Assembly: GCA_016704485.1 (NCBI GenBank)
Contig: JADJAA010000001.1
Span: forward strand, 1,554,824-1,618,823
Source of the DNA: Flavobacteriales bacterium
Lineage (GTDB): Bacteria; Bacteroidota; Bacteroidia; Flavobacteriales_F; PHOS-HE28
Length of the DNA stretch: 64,000 nucleotides
Reading direction: 5' to 3'
The notes under the pieces were generated by a model. It saw nothing but the letters and a program-made list of their open reading frames with translations. It did no database searches and was not told the DNA's origin. Below are positions 44,887 to 54,239 of the stretch, one piece after another. The translations under genes and the position numbers were made by a program. The first letter of the stretch is position 1; each line of letters begins with the position of its first letter.

Positions 44887-45546
44887 GTGGTATACTTGGG
44901 CATGGGCGCAGCCGATATCAATAGGATACTCCTCTTAGTGAGCATGAGCATAGCGCTGGGTTTTTGGTTACGGATACCGGTACCTCGCCAACCGGCGTTC
45001 CGGGTGGTGGGTCTGCTGATCGGTGCCGGGCTGCTCATGGAACTAATGGGTGCTGCACTGGCATGGCGAAGCGTGAATAACACCGCGTTCTACAATGGTT
45101 ACGCATTGGTCGATTGCTTGATCGCGCTATGGATCTGCTACCTGATGGTGCCTGCACGGATCCTGGTGGTAGCGATCGGTGCAGCACTCGTGGTCAGTGC
45201 AATGGCATGGGATTTTATGGACCGGGACGCTGACCCGAACGTATTTCTTGGTCGCGGTATCGTGCTTAGCGCGGTAGTACTTACTCTGGTGCTTATGGCC
45301 GTGCTGTGGCAGTTGGCGCAGACCAGTGCTGTGCCGTTGCAGCTCGTGCCAGGGTTCTGGCTCTTCATGGGGCTATTGGTCTACTTCGGTTGCATGTCGC
45401 CGATCCTCACCATCATCGATCGCGTGTACGCGCAGGACCATGCGCTTGCCCAACGGCTCTACCAGATCATGCCGATGCTGTGTGTAACGCGTTATGCCAT
45501 CACTGCATTTGCCTGTAAATTGGAAAGCAGTACCGCACATGGATGA
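44887..45546 (+). CDS. Polytopic membrane protein (possible sensor module of the adjacent histidine kinase)
   Basis: 219 aa with 5-6 hydrophobic helices. Its stop overlaps the kinase start by 8 nt. Confidence 0.55.
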   Translation: MVYLGMGAADINRILLLVSMSIALGFWLRIPVPRQPAFRVVGLLIGAGLLMELMGAALAWRSVNNTAFYNGYALVDCLIALWICYLMVPARILVVAIGAALVVSAMAWDFMDRDADPNVFLGRGIVLSAVVLTLVLMAVLWQLAQTSAVPLQLVPGFWLFMGLLVYFGCMSPILTIIDRVYAQDHALAQRLYQIMPMLCVTRYAITAFACKLESSTAHG

Positions 45547-46321
45547 TCCTTCGCTCATATTCGCTATGCTGATCGGCACGTTGCTGCTGGTGATCATGAT
45601 CAGCATCACGGGACTCTTGCTTGTGGTGAATGCGAACAAGCGCCATAAGCACCGTGCTGAAATGGCCGAGGCGGACCTTCGGCGCAAGCAGGAAGTAGTA
45701 AGTGCGGATCGCGATTCGCGCGAACAGACTTTGAGCATCATCGGTCGCGAGCTGCATGACAGTGTGGGGCAGTTGCTCACCGCTGCGCGCATGGGCTTTT
45801 CCACCGTACCGGAATATACGGATGAGCCACGCATCATGGCCATGGGGGCCTTGAAGGAAGCCATTGACGAAGTGCGGTTGTTGGGGAGGACCTTGAACAA
45901 TGATAAGTGGAAGACCCGCACCTTGGCGATGGCGATCACCGATGAGGCCAACCGCATCATGCGCATCCGTACGGTGCACGTGGAGGTGGAGATAGAAGAT
46001 GATCCGTTGGATCCACCTACGGATACGAAGATCATTCTTTATCGCTCGTTCCAAGAGGCGCTGAACAATGCACTGAAACATGCGGATGCCCAACACATCC
46101 GTGTACGCATGAGCGGCGTTGTACAGCACACGCTATCCATTACGGATGATGGGTGCGGGTTCGATCCGCTCGCGGTAACGGAGGGCACCGGTTTGCTGAA
46201 TATCCGCAACCGCTGCGCACTGATCGGTTACGATGCTACCTTGGTGACCGCCATGGGCACTGGTTGCTCCTGGACATTTAGCCCTCTCCCCAATGGAAAC
46301 ATCCGTAGCGCTGATCGATGA
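45539..46321 (+). CDS. Sensor histidine kinase, NarL/DesK-type (HisKA_3 + HATPase_c)
   Basis: One TM helix, then the H-box GRELHDSVGQLL, then ...ALNNALKHA...ITDDGCGF...GTGLLNIRNR. Confidence 0.75.
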   Translation: MDDPSLIFAMLIGTLLLVIMISITGLLLVVNANKRHKHRAEMAEADLRRKQEVVSADRDSREQTLSIIGRELHDSVGQLLTAARMGFSTVPEYTDEPRIMAMGALKEAIDEVRLLGRTLNNDKWKTRTLAMAITDEANRIMRIRTVHVEVEIEDDPLDPPTDTKIILYRSFQEALNNALKHADAQHIRVRMSGVVQHTLSITDDGCGFDPLAVTEGTGLLNIRNRCALIGYDATLVTAMGTGCSWTFSPLPNGNIRSADR

Positions 46322-46961
46322 CCACCACATGGTGCGCAAAGGCCTGGCCAGCATCGTGAACAGTATGGAAGGGTACCGGGTTACCATGGATTTCCCGAAC
46401 GGCAAGGAATTCGTGGACGCGTTGAATGTTACCAACTTGCCGCAGATCGCGATCGTGGACCTGAGCATGCCCGTCATGAACGGGTTCGAGACCATGGATT
46501 GGCTCCGGAAAAATGCGCCTTCGGTGCGTGCGTTGGCCTTGACCTTCGATGCGGCGGAAGATGCCATGGTGCGTGCGATACGCTCCGGTGCACGCGGGTT
46601 CCTATTGAAGGAAGCGCCGCCATCGGAACTAAAGCTCGCACTGGATAGTTTGATGTTGACGGGCTACTACCACACCGAGGATGTGCTGCAGGGCATGATG
46701 AATTCCAATGAAGAGAAGACCGTGTACGAACGCCAAAGCGAAGAACTGGGTGGACTACTGACGGCACGCGAAATGGAGTTCCTGCTATTGGTATGTGCAG
46801 CGGAAGAACATACCTACGAACACGTGGCGGAATTAATGGGCATCCAAGGCCGCACCGTGGATTACTACCGCAAAAGCCTCTTCGAGAAACTCAACGTAAA
46901 GAGTAAGGTGGGCATGGTGCTCTTCGCCGCGCGGCACGGGCTTTTGCCGTTGGACGCGTGA
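46293..46961 (+). CDS. Response regulator, NarL/LuxR family (REC + LuxR-type HTH)
   Basis: The N-terminus is VALIDDHHMVRKGL...IAIVDLSMP. The C-terminus is LTAREMEFLLLVCAAEEHTYEHVAELMGIQGRTVDYYRKSLFEKLNV. Confidence 0.8.
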   Translation: METSVALIDDHHMVRKGLASIVNSMEGYRVTMDFPNGKEFVDALNVTNLPQIAIVDLSMPVMNGFETMDWLRKNAPSVRALALTFDAAEDAMVRAIRSGARGFLLKEAPPSELKLALDSLMLTGYYHTEDVLQGMMNSNEEKTVYERQSEELGGLLTAREMEFLLLVCAAEEHTYEHVAELMGIQGRTVDYYRKSLFEKLNVKSKVGMVLFAARHGLLPLDA

Positions 46962-47054
46962 ATGGAGTTAGTGTTTCTGACTGCTGTTCACGTGTGAAGA
47001 GCAATTGGATAGCGATGCGGCTCGATGTTTATATTTACATATCCCTTTCGAACA

Positions 47055-47822
47055 ATGAAGACCTCCAGCATCCTTATTCTCTGTACATTCCTACTCAGCA
47101 CCTCCTGTCGGAAGGATATCGCGATCGAAGATGATCCGGGGATCGATCCATCGCCGATGACAAGTATTGCCAACATCGGTGATACGATCGAATTCGGGCT
47201 GGTGGACAATATGCTGATCGATAGCGATTCGATCGTGCTTCAGCCTGGCATAAACCAGTCGCTTACGCATAACATGGATGTGGATGCGGATGGGGTCACG
47301 GACTTTCAGATCTTTATGCAAACCTCTGTTTCCTTGGGTGCCGGTTTCCAGGCTTATTCGTTTATGCGGAGCGTGCATCCGAATGCCACAGTGCGCGGTC
47401 TGCTGCGGCCCGATACGACGTTCGTTCATGATGATACGGTAAGTGTCGATAACATCATCCACCGGGTCTACTCGTGCAGACGGGTGGGACCATTGGATCC
47501 GATCAGTTCCATCGTGCCGGACGTTACGAAGATCCTTCCGTTCCAAAGTGGTGACGAGCTCACCGTAATGGATGCGTTCTACGCGGATACGATCGCTTTG
47601 CGTCGCACGAACTATTCATCGCCCGTTCCGAACTATGAACCACCTTACCAAATACAGACTACAGGCGATAGTGATTGCTTCCTGCTTCCACTTGGCGAGG
47701 TGGTGTACATCGGCTTCGCGATGATGGATGGAAGCGGCAGTGAACGCTTGGGCTGGTGGAAGCTGAACCATGTTACCGCTTCCAGGATCGTGATCTACGA
47801 ACAGGCGATACAAGCGCCGTAG
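47055..47822 (+). CDS. Lipoprotein, paralog A
   Basis: Lipobox signal peptide MKTSSILILCTFLLSTSCRK. It is ~70% identical to the 48014..48778 product and shares the C-terminus ERLGWWKLNHVTASRIVIYEQAIQ. Confidence 0.65.
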   Translation: MKTSSILILCTFLLSTSCRKDIAIEDDPGIDPSPMTSIANIGDTIEFGLVDNMLIDSDSIVLQPGINQSLTHNMDVDADGVTDFQIFMQTSVSLGAGFQAYSFMRSVHPNATVRGLLRPDTTFVHDDTVSVDNIIHRVYSCRRVGPLDPISSIVPDVTKILPFQSGDELTVMDAFYADTIALRRTNYSSPVPNYEPPYQIQTTGDSDCFLLPLGEVVYIGFAMMDGSGSERLGWWKLNHVTASRIVIYEQAIQAP

Positions 47823-48013
47823 GGTAGTGTGAACACGATCGTGTGTGCGTACATCGAAACGTTGGGTATCAGCGGCACCGATGAATATGTCGCAGGGTCC
47901 TGAAGGGGAGAGCCGACGAAGGTTTGGTGCGACGGCGAAGGTTGAATTGATCGTGTAGTTCAACAACGCATTCACAATGCATCAGTGCATACATTTACAT
48001 ATTCTCCCATGCC

Positions 48014-48778
48014 ATGAAGAACTCCAGCATTCTAATTTTCTGTGCGATCATTCTCAGCACTTCATGCCGAAAGGAACATGGAATTGAGGATCCTGCGGGT
48101 AGCGGTCCCTCGCCGGTGCAGACAACGATCAACGTGGGTGATACGATCACCTTCGGGTTGGTGGACAATATGCTGATCAACGGAGATTCCGTCGTTCTGG
48201 AACCGATGATCAACCAATCGGTCACGCATGACATGGACGTGGATGCGGATGGGATCACGGACTTTCAGATCTTTCTGCAAACGAACTTTTCCATGGGTGG
48301 CGGTTTCCAGGCCTATTCCGTCCTGACGAGCCAACATGCGAATGCTACCCTGCGCAGTTTTCAACGTTCTGATACGTCATTCGTTCATGACGATACGGTC
48401 AGTGTATCCATGATCCACCGTGTCTATTCCTGTCGGCGCTTGGCACTGGTTGATCAGATCAGCTCCATAGTACCGAACGTTACGAAGATCCTGTGGTTCC
48501 ACACTGACTACATGCTCACCAGTGAGGATGCATTCTACGCGGATGCAATACAATTAAGGCGCACCAATTCAGGAGTATCAACTCCGAACTATGAACCTCC
48601 TTATCAGATCGTGTCGGAAACAATTAATGATTGCTTCCTGTTACCACTTGGTGAGGTGCTGTATATAGGCTTCGCGATGGTGGATGGTAACGGCAGTGAG
48701 CGCTTGGGCTGGTGGAAGCTGAACCATGTGACTGCTTCCAGGATCGTCATCTACGAACAGGCGATACAAGTACCTTAG
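48014..48778 (+). CDS. Lipoprotein, paralog B (tandem duplicate)
   Basis: The N-terminus is MKNSSILIFCAIILSTSCRK. It is collinear with paralog A. Both genes are preceded by the shared upstream motif ACATTTACATAT. Confidence 0.65.
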   Translation: MKNSSILIFCAIILSTSCRKEHGIEDPAGSGPSPVQTTINVGDTITFGLVDNMLINGDSVVLEPMINQSVTHDMDVDADGITDFQIFLQTNFSMGGGFQAYSVLTSQHANATLRSFQRSDTSFVHDDTVSVSMIHRVYSCRRLALVDQISSIVPNVTKILWFHTDYMLTSEDAFYADAIQLRRTNSGVSTPNYEPPYQIVSETINDCFLLPLGEVLYIGFAMVDGNGSERLGWWKLNHVTASRIVIYEQAIQVP

Positions 48779-49019
48779 ATAGGGAGTTGGAGGTCAGTTC
48801 GCGTGCGACCTCAAACCGCTGCTTCAAGCTTTTGCTGGGTATCTCAAAGAGGACCCCGCAGTTGCTGTTCATTGCGCCAATGAGAAACTGGGTCGCTGCC
48901 GGAAGGAAGAAGCCCAGGCAAAGGTTTGATGAGTCGCAGGGTCCTGAAGCGGAGACCAGGCGAAGGTATGAGATCCGGTGAAGGTTTGATGCGAACGTGA
49001 CGATCCAGCGATAGCAGAT

Positions 49020-49253
49020 TCACCCCTTTTTCGGTGGGAAGGGCTTGATCCGCTCCGATATGTATTCGGAGGTCTCTTCCAAGTTGCCGGGTTGTTCGCC
49101 GGTGCCGGAATCCACTCGTCCTAATTCCACTTCATCGTCATCCATTTTCATGCTCGCCATGTAGTAGCCGCCGGGCCCTTTTACGTGGTGGAATCCTGGT
49201 ACACCTTCCGCAGCAACGTTCGGATTAACGGGTGTGTGCTTCTGCTTTTTCAT
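49020..49253 (-). CDS. Small hypothetical protein (77 aa)
   Basis: The ORF has mixed composition. No family recognised. Confidence 0.35.
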   Translation of the reverse strand: MKKQKHTPVNPNVAAEGVPGFHHVKGPGGYYMASMKMDDDEVELGRVDSGTGEQPGNLEETSEYISERIKPFPPKKG

Positions 49254-49437
49254 GGTGATGGTGGTTGGTATTATTTACACGGCATATTCAAAGGTACTAC
49301 TCGCGTGCCATGTTCTTGTGCATAGCTACTGCAAGATCTGTTCCTTTCATTGATTGATCGCTTCTTGACGATCCATTCCTGTTTTAGTTTTTATTTTGTT
49401 CGTTGTGTTTCGCGGGATCATGATGGTGTTGAATGAG

Positions 49438-49470
49438 AATAGGCGGTCTGCTCCCGCAGACCGCCTATTC
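49438..49470. terminator. Perfect 14-bp-stem hairpin (AATAGGCGGTCTGC/GCAGACCGCCTATT) downstream of csbD
   Basis: Read directly. It lies 56 nt past the csbD stop on the minus strand. Confidence 0.5.
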
Positions 49471-49525
49471 CTATTTCTTGCTACTTGCTTTGTAGCAAGT
49501 TCATGTACTGAGGTGATCGGCACGA

Positions 49526-49753
49526 TCAGTGCGCCTGTTTTTCTTTGTTGAATGCAGACCGCATATCTTCTACGATATCGCGCACTTGATCTTTGGTCTT
49601 GCCCAACTTCTGCTGCATCTTACCATATAGCTCATCCTCTTTTCCTTCAGCGTAGGTCAGATCATCATCGGTCAACTCGCCGTACTTCTGCTTTAGTTTA
49701 CCTTTCAGTTCGTTCCAGTTGCCTTTCAACTTGTCTTCGGTTGGTGTGCTCAT
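49526..49753 (-). CDS. csbD: CsbD-family general stress protein
   Basis: 75 aa. The signature is [46 protein letters not shown]. Confidence 0.75.
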   Translation of the reverse strand: MSTPTEDKLKGNWNELKGKLKQKYGELTDDDLTYAEGKEDELYGKMQQKLGKTKDQVRDIVEDMRSAFNKEKQAH

Positions 49754-50082
49754 CTTTATTGGGGTTTTAGTTAATGATTCGTGTTAACACTTTAATGGGT
49801 GCACGTGCCATGCCATGGAGTTCGTAAGGGTGGTCATGCCCACTGTACGCGGGGCTTACGAGGCATTCGGCACCTTGCTCTGGCGTTCCTGAATTGTGGA
49901 ACCAAGCCACACGTTGGGGTGTAGGTTCCACATGATGCGTTCATTCCGGCACGGACCTCGTGATCTTCTTGTTCGTGCTACACGCTTACGTAGATAGGGT
50001 GTGTATGCCGCCGACGCCTATTCGTAAAGGATCGGTACGCGAATGGTAATGAACCCAGCGAACCCTTAAAAACACCAACCAA

Positions 50083-50574
50083 ATGAAAATGTTGAAGAGC
50101 AATTTGATAATGGCCTCGCTAGTAGCCGGGTCTTTTCTTGTAGTGAGCTGCAACAACACGCCAGCAGAGCAGCGCGACGAGATGAATGATAAAGTGGAAA
50201 AGATCGAGGACAAAGCGATCGACGCGACGACCGCACGGGATTGGCAAGCCGAACGCACGGAGATCATGAACGACCTACGCGACCTGCGCACGAAGGTTGA
50301 CAACAAGCTCGCGGAGGTGAATGAGGACCTTGCGAATACGGATATCAAGCCAAGTGTGAAAGCGGACAAGGAGGCAATGAAAGCTGAATTGACCAAGGAG
50401 CTGAACATGTTGGACGAGAAGATCGGTAACGTTGAGAATGCGACCGCCGATGCTTGGGATATGACCAAGTCCGATGCCGAGAACACCTCGAAAGAAGTGA
50501 AGTCCTGGTGGGAGACCCAAAAGGAAAAGGTGGATGCGGAGACCGATGCCGACCATGACAAGGACGGACATTAA
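50083..50574 (+). CDS. Lipoprotein of unknown function (acidic, coiled-coil-like)
   Basis: Lipobox signal peptide MKMLKSNLIMASLVAGSFLVVSCNN. The overlapping minus ORF (49986..50561) is Ser-rich antisense noise. Confidence 0.6.
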   Translation: MKMLKSNLIMASLVAGSFLVVSCNNTPAEQRDEMNDKVEKIEDKAIDATTARDWQAERTEIMNDLRDLRTKVDNKLAEVNEDLANTDIKPSVKADKEAMKAELTKELNMLDEKIGNVENATADAWDMTKSDAENTSKEVKSWWETQKEKVDAETDADHDKDGH

Positions 50575-50637
50575 TTCGAATATGATGTTGAGGTGAAAGT
50601 TGACATCATCACTCCCGTTGAACGTTCGGGAGAAGAT

Positions 50638-52446
50638 CAGAAGGGGCTGTCTCGAAAGGGATGGCCCCTTCTTGTTTTGATGGGGATTGGATGTGGTGCT
50701 GATTCAGAGACCTACCAGATCGGGATTATTTGCGGCCTTGCCCGTGTAAAGGACAGGACCGAACCCAAGGCACTTTTTAGACGTTCCTCAGCCCTTTTTT
50801 GAAGGATCCTGACCAACTTCTTCAGGTTGATCGCAGTTGCAAGTAGTCCGGTTTCCAAGGCGACTTTATCGAGTCCCCTTAGCATGAACCGGGTGAAGCC
50901 TTTGTTCTGCTTGAGGTTACCGAAGGCCGATTCCACTTCCACCGGTCTAGCGCTTCGGTGCATTAGACCTTCTTCGCTGGTGAGCTTTTCTCGGGCTTGG
51001 GCTTTAAGTTCGTTAAGCCGATGGTTCACTTCGATGATCCGGTTACCCTTGGCCTTGTGGCAAACACCATTCATGGGGCATGTGGCGCAGTTGCTTGCTT
51101 GGTAGCGCGATACGGTTTGCACATACCCGGCCTTTGTTGTTGAGCGCTGGTCACCGATATGCCGCATGGGCTGGCCTATGGGGCAGGTATACTCGTTCCT
51201 TGCAGCGTTGTAGTGGAGTCTGTTTTGTACAAAGGGGTGTTTTTCCCAGTAGCTCTTTTGTTGTTCACGGTGGAAGTAGTTGTACTTCACAAAAGCCTCC
51301 ACGCCCTCGCCTTCCAAGTATTCGTAATTCTGCTCCGAGCCATAGCTCCGCCATGCGGCGGACCACAGCCGCTTGGGGCAGTTTGCCCAACTGGGCTTGT
51401 AGTTCCTTGTAGTGGGGATCAGTGTCTTGGTGTCGGTGGTGTCCTGATGTAGGCTGTAGTGTATGATGAACTGGTTCTGGGTGCTCCATTGCACGTTGTA
51501 GCCGGCCTTGAGTTGTCCGTTGCCCATGTGGTCGTCCTTCATGCGCATGAAGGTGGCTCCGCGATCGGTCTTCGAGTAGCTACCGCGCTCGCCCAAGATG
51601 GACTCTTGCATCTTGTACTTGCGCACGTTGTCCGGCCAGTTCCTCTTGGCGTAAGAGAGCTTTTGCTTGGTCTTCGGATCGATCTTCTTGTCCTTGAGCG
51701 CGGCGTTGATCGCATCAATGGTCTGGGCCACTTTCTTCGGGTCGAGTTCTTCCATCTCACCGGGGTCATCGCCCTGTAGTTCTTCAGCGGCTACTCCTTG
51801 GGTGTAGTTCCAGAGCTCCTCCAACTGGGCTTTCATTTTCTTCTTGTTGGTGGCAATGCTCTTGGCCCAAACGAAGGTGTACTTATTGGCATTGGCCTCG
51901 ATCTTGGTGCCATCGGTGTACACTGCTTTGAGATCCACATGACCCGCTTCCATCAACAACAGAACCACTTGGCTGAACACTTCTTTGATGTGGTTCTTGA
52001 GCCGCTGGGCACGGAACCGATTGACCGTGTGGTGATCCGGACGCTTCATCCCGGCAAGCCACATGAAATGGATGTTCTCCTGGATCGCTGCCTCGATCTT
52101 ACGCGAGGAGTAGATGTTGTTCAGGTAAGCATAGACCAATACCTTGAGCAACATACGCGGGTGGTAACTAGAGGTGCCGCCACCCTTGTACGTGTCGGCC
52201 AGCGAACCGATGTCGATCTGGTCGATAACCGAACCAACTACACGTACGGCATGTGTCTTTGAGATGAGTTCTTCCAACGATGGTGGCAAGAGCATCGCTT
52301 GACTCGGGTCGTAGTCCTTGAACACGACTTTTCTTTGTGAAGCCATGCCCGAAGGTCGATCACCCAAAACGAGTTGTCAAGATCAACTTCCAACGGCTTT
52401 TCAACAAAATGAAAAGGGCTGCCTCTTTTGAGACAGCCCCTTCTTT
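50638..52446. mobile_element. IS1182-family insertion sequence (~1.8 kb) with ~19-bp terminal inverted repeats embedded in hairpin-forming ends
   Basis: Left end GAAGGGGCTGTCTCGAAAG (50639..50657). The reverse complement of the right end is GAAGGGGCTGTCTCAAAAG (52425..52443). These are 18/19 identical. A single transposase gene lies inside. Confidence 0.55.
50712..52367 (-). CDS. IS1182-family (DUF772 N-terminal + DDE) transposase
   Basis: 551 aa. The N-terminus is YDPSQAMLLPPSLEELISKTHAVRVVGSVIDQI (DUF772). The DDE region includes VYTDGTKIEANANKY. The C-terminal zinc-ribbon-like region is CPIGQ...CATCP. Confidence 0.75.
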   Translation of the reverse strand: MGDRPSGMASQRKVVFKDYDPSQAMLLPPSLEELISKTHAVRVVGSVIDQIDIGSLADTYKGGGTSSYHPRMLLKVLVYAYLNNIYSSRKIEAAIQENIHFMWLAGMKRPDHHTVNRFRAQRLKNHIKEVFSQVVLLLMEAGHVDLKAVYTDGTKIEANANKYTFVWAKSIATNKKKMKAQLEELWNYTQGVAAEELQGDDPGEMEELDPKKVAQTIDAINAALKDKKIDPKTKQKLSYAKRNWPDNVRKYKMQESILGERGSYSKTDRGATFMRMKDDHMGNGQLKAGYNVQWSTQNQFIIHYSLHQDTTDTKTLIPTTRNYKPSWANCPKRLWSAAWRSYGSEQNYEYLEGEGVEAFVKYNYFHREQQKSYWEKHPFVQNRLHYNAARNEYTCPIGQPMRHIGDQRSTTKAGYVQTVSRYQASNCATCPMNGVCHKAKGNRIIEVNHRLNELKAQAREKLTSEEGLMHRSARPVEVESAFGNLKQNKGFTRFMLRGLDKVALETGLLATAINLKKLVRILQKRAEERLKSALGSVLSFTRARPQIIPIW

Positions 52447-52754
52447 TTGGTTGAAGGTGTTGCCGGTGTTGCGCATGATCGGGGAATTCTCGCACAGGGT
52501 ATTTTTAAGGAAGTGCCTATGCATGCGGCTTCCACCCTTCGGCATGAACTATGTTCCAGTATAGGCATCATGGAAAAGCCATCAATGAAACCCCAAGAAC
52601 GTGGTGATCGAACGGTTCCGAAGAAAGAGCACACGCCACCAATTAAACCCAGAAAGCAGCCGCGCGCACCACGACCGGACCGCGGCGTTGCACCCGGAAT
52701 TACAGGGTGACGTGAACACGATCAACATACACGAACAGTTAAAGAACACATACA

Positions 52755-53318
52755 ATGAACAACGAATTGAAAGGAAAGAAAGTAGCCATACTGGCAACGA
52801 ACGGATTTGAGGACAGTGAACTACGCAGCCCAAAGGAAGCATTGGAAAAAGCCGGTGCAACCACCCACATCGTATCACTGGAAAGTGGTTCCATCAAAGG
52901 ATGGAAAGATGGTGATTGGCACGGGTCGATCGAAGTGGATACGACCGTGAAAGAGACGACGAGCGATGCGTACGATGCCCTGGTTCTTCCCGGCGGAGTG
53001 ATAAACCCGGACCTATTGCGCGCCAACGCCGATGCCGTGAACTTCGTGAAGGCATTCTTCAAACAGAAAAAGCCCGTGGCCGCAATTTGTCATGGTCCGT
53101 GGATGCTTGCAGAAGCAGGCGTACTGGAAGGTAGAGGCATAACCAGTTACAAGAGCATAAAAACCGATATGGTAAATGCCGGCGCGATCTGGGTGGATGA
53201 TGAAGTAGTGGTGGATGAAGGTCTTGTGACCAGCCGCTCGCCCAAGGATCTCCCTGCATTCAATGCCAGATTGGTAGAAGAAGTTGCAGAAGGCAAGCAC
53301 GCGAAACAAACGGCGTAG
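52755..53318 (+). CDS. DJ-1/PfpI family protein (class I glutamine amidotransferase-like)
   Basis: 187 aa. The N-terminus is KKVAILATNGFEDSEL. The nucleophile elbow is AAICHGPWML. Confidence 0.8.
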   Translation: MNNELKGKKVAILATNGFEDSELRSPKEALEKAGATTHIVSLESGSIKGWKDGDWHGSIEVDTTVKETTSDAYDALVLPGGVINPDLLRANADAVNFVKAFFKQKKPVAAICHGPWMLAEAGVLEGRGITSYKSIKTDMVNAGAIWVDDEVVVDEGLVTSRSPKDLPAFNARLVEEVAEGKHAKQTA

Positions 53319-53337
53319 TGCTGGGATATTAAAAAGA

Positions 53338-53376
53338 TAAAGGCGCCATTCGGATCCGGGTGGCGCCTTTTTGTGA
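53338..53376 (+). terminator. Rho-independent terminator after the PfpI-family gene
   Basis: The sequence reads AAGGCGCCAttcggatccgggTGGCGCCTTtttgtg. Confidence 0.6.
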
Positions 53377-53539
53377 TCTCGTAATGGAGTGATTTCCGCG
53401 TAAATCGTATGGCTAACACTGTTCTAGTTGAGCGCGTGTTGAAAACGGGTAAAGCAAGAAGCACAATGGGGAACATTTGCCGCGTTGATAGAGCATCCGA
53501 ACAGGGCATACTAAGAAATATGCGGGGCATAGCATTTGC

Positions 53540-54169
53540 TTGAGTACCATGAATAAAATTCCTCACATGCGCTATTCCATTAAACTTCTCGCTTTTGCTT
53601 CGTTTCTCATGGGTACTTCCGCCGCTGCACAGAATTGGGGCATCGGTTTCCGGCTAGGCGATCCGAGCGGATTGACCTTGAAACACTACTGGAACAACAA
53701 AGCCCTTGAAGTGAGCGTCGGACGCGCCCAGTTCTTTACAGGGAACAGTTTCTACAACAGGCAATATCAGCGGTGGTATGATCGCCGTGGCTATAACTAC
53801 GATAAGCACGAGTTCCTGGGGTACGGTACTTCGGTGCCGATCGGGGTGCAGGTCCATTACCTTATTCAGAACCCTATTGGTAATGTAAATGGTCTGAGTT
53901 GGTATTTCGGTTTCGGAGGGCAAGCACATGTTGCGAGCTATCGGTTCAGCTACCGCTACAAATTACCGAACGACAATGACTGGATCTATGTGAGCGATGA
54001 GCGTGTGAGCAGTGTCGACTTGGGAATTGATGCCGTTCTTGGTATAGAATACACCTTCCCGAAAGCGCCGGTATCCCTCTTTGCGGATGGAACAGTGTAC
54101 ATGGAACTGTTCGATGATCCGTTCGTTTTCTTTTTGCAACCGGGTACTGGGGTGCGGTTCCGGTTCTGA
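53540..54169 (+). CDS. Outer-membrane beta-barrel protein (porin-family-like)
   Basis: Signal peptide (MRYSIKLLAFASFLMGTSAAAQ from the internal Met at 53567). Aromatic-rich alternating pattern with a C-terminal ...VRFRF. Confidence 0.6.
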   Translation: MSTMNKIPHMRYSIKLLAFASFLMGTSAAAQNWGIGFRLGDPSGLTLKHYWNNKALEVSVGRAQFFTGNSFYNRQYQRWYDRRGYNYDKHEFLGYGTSVPIGVQVHYLIQNPIGNVNGLSWYFGFGGQAHVASYRFSYRYKLPNDNDWIYVSDERVSSVDLGIDAVLGIEYTFPKAPVSLFADGTVYMELFDDPFVFFLQPGTGVRFRF

Positions 54170-54239
54170 GGATATGTGATACTATTGACTACAGCGAAAC
54201 GTATATCGTGTAAAACGTGAGAATAGTAATTGGTTGGTT

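Noticed and set aside
49986-50561. Minus-strand 191-aa Ser-rich ORF
   Set aside because: It is antisense to a lipoprotein gene with a clear lipobox signal peptide. Its composition is not protein-like (poly-Ser/Ala/Phe).
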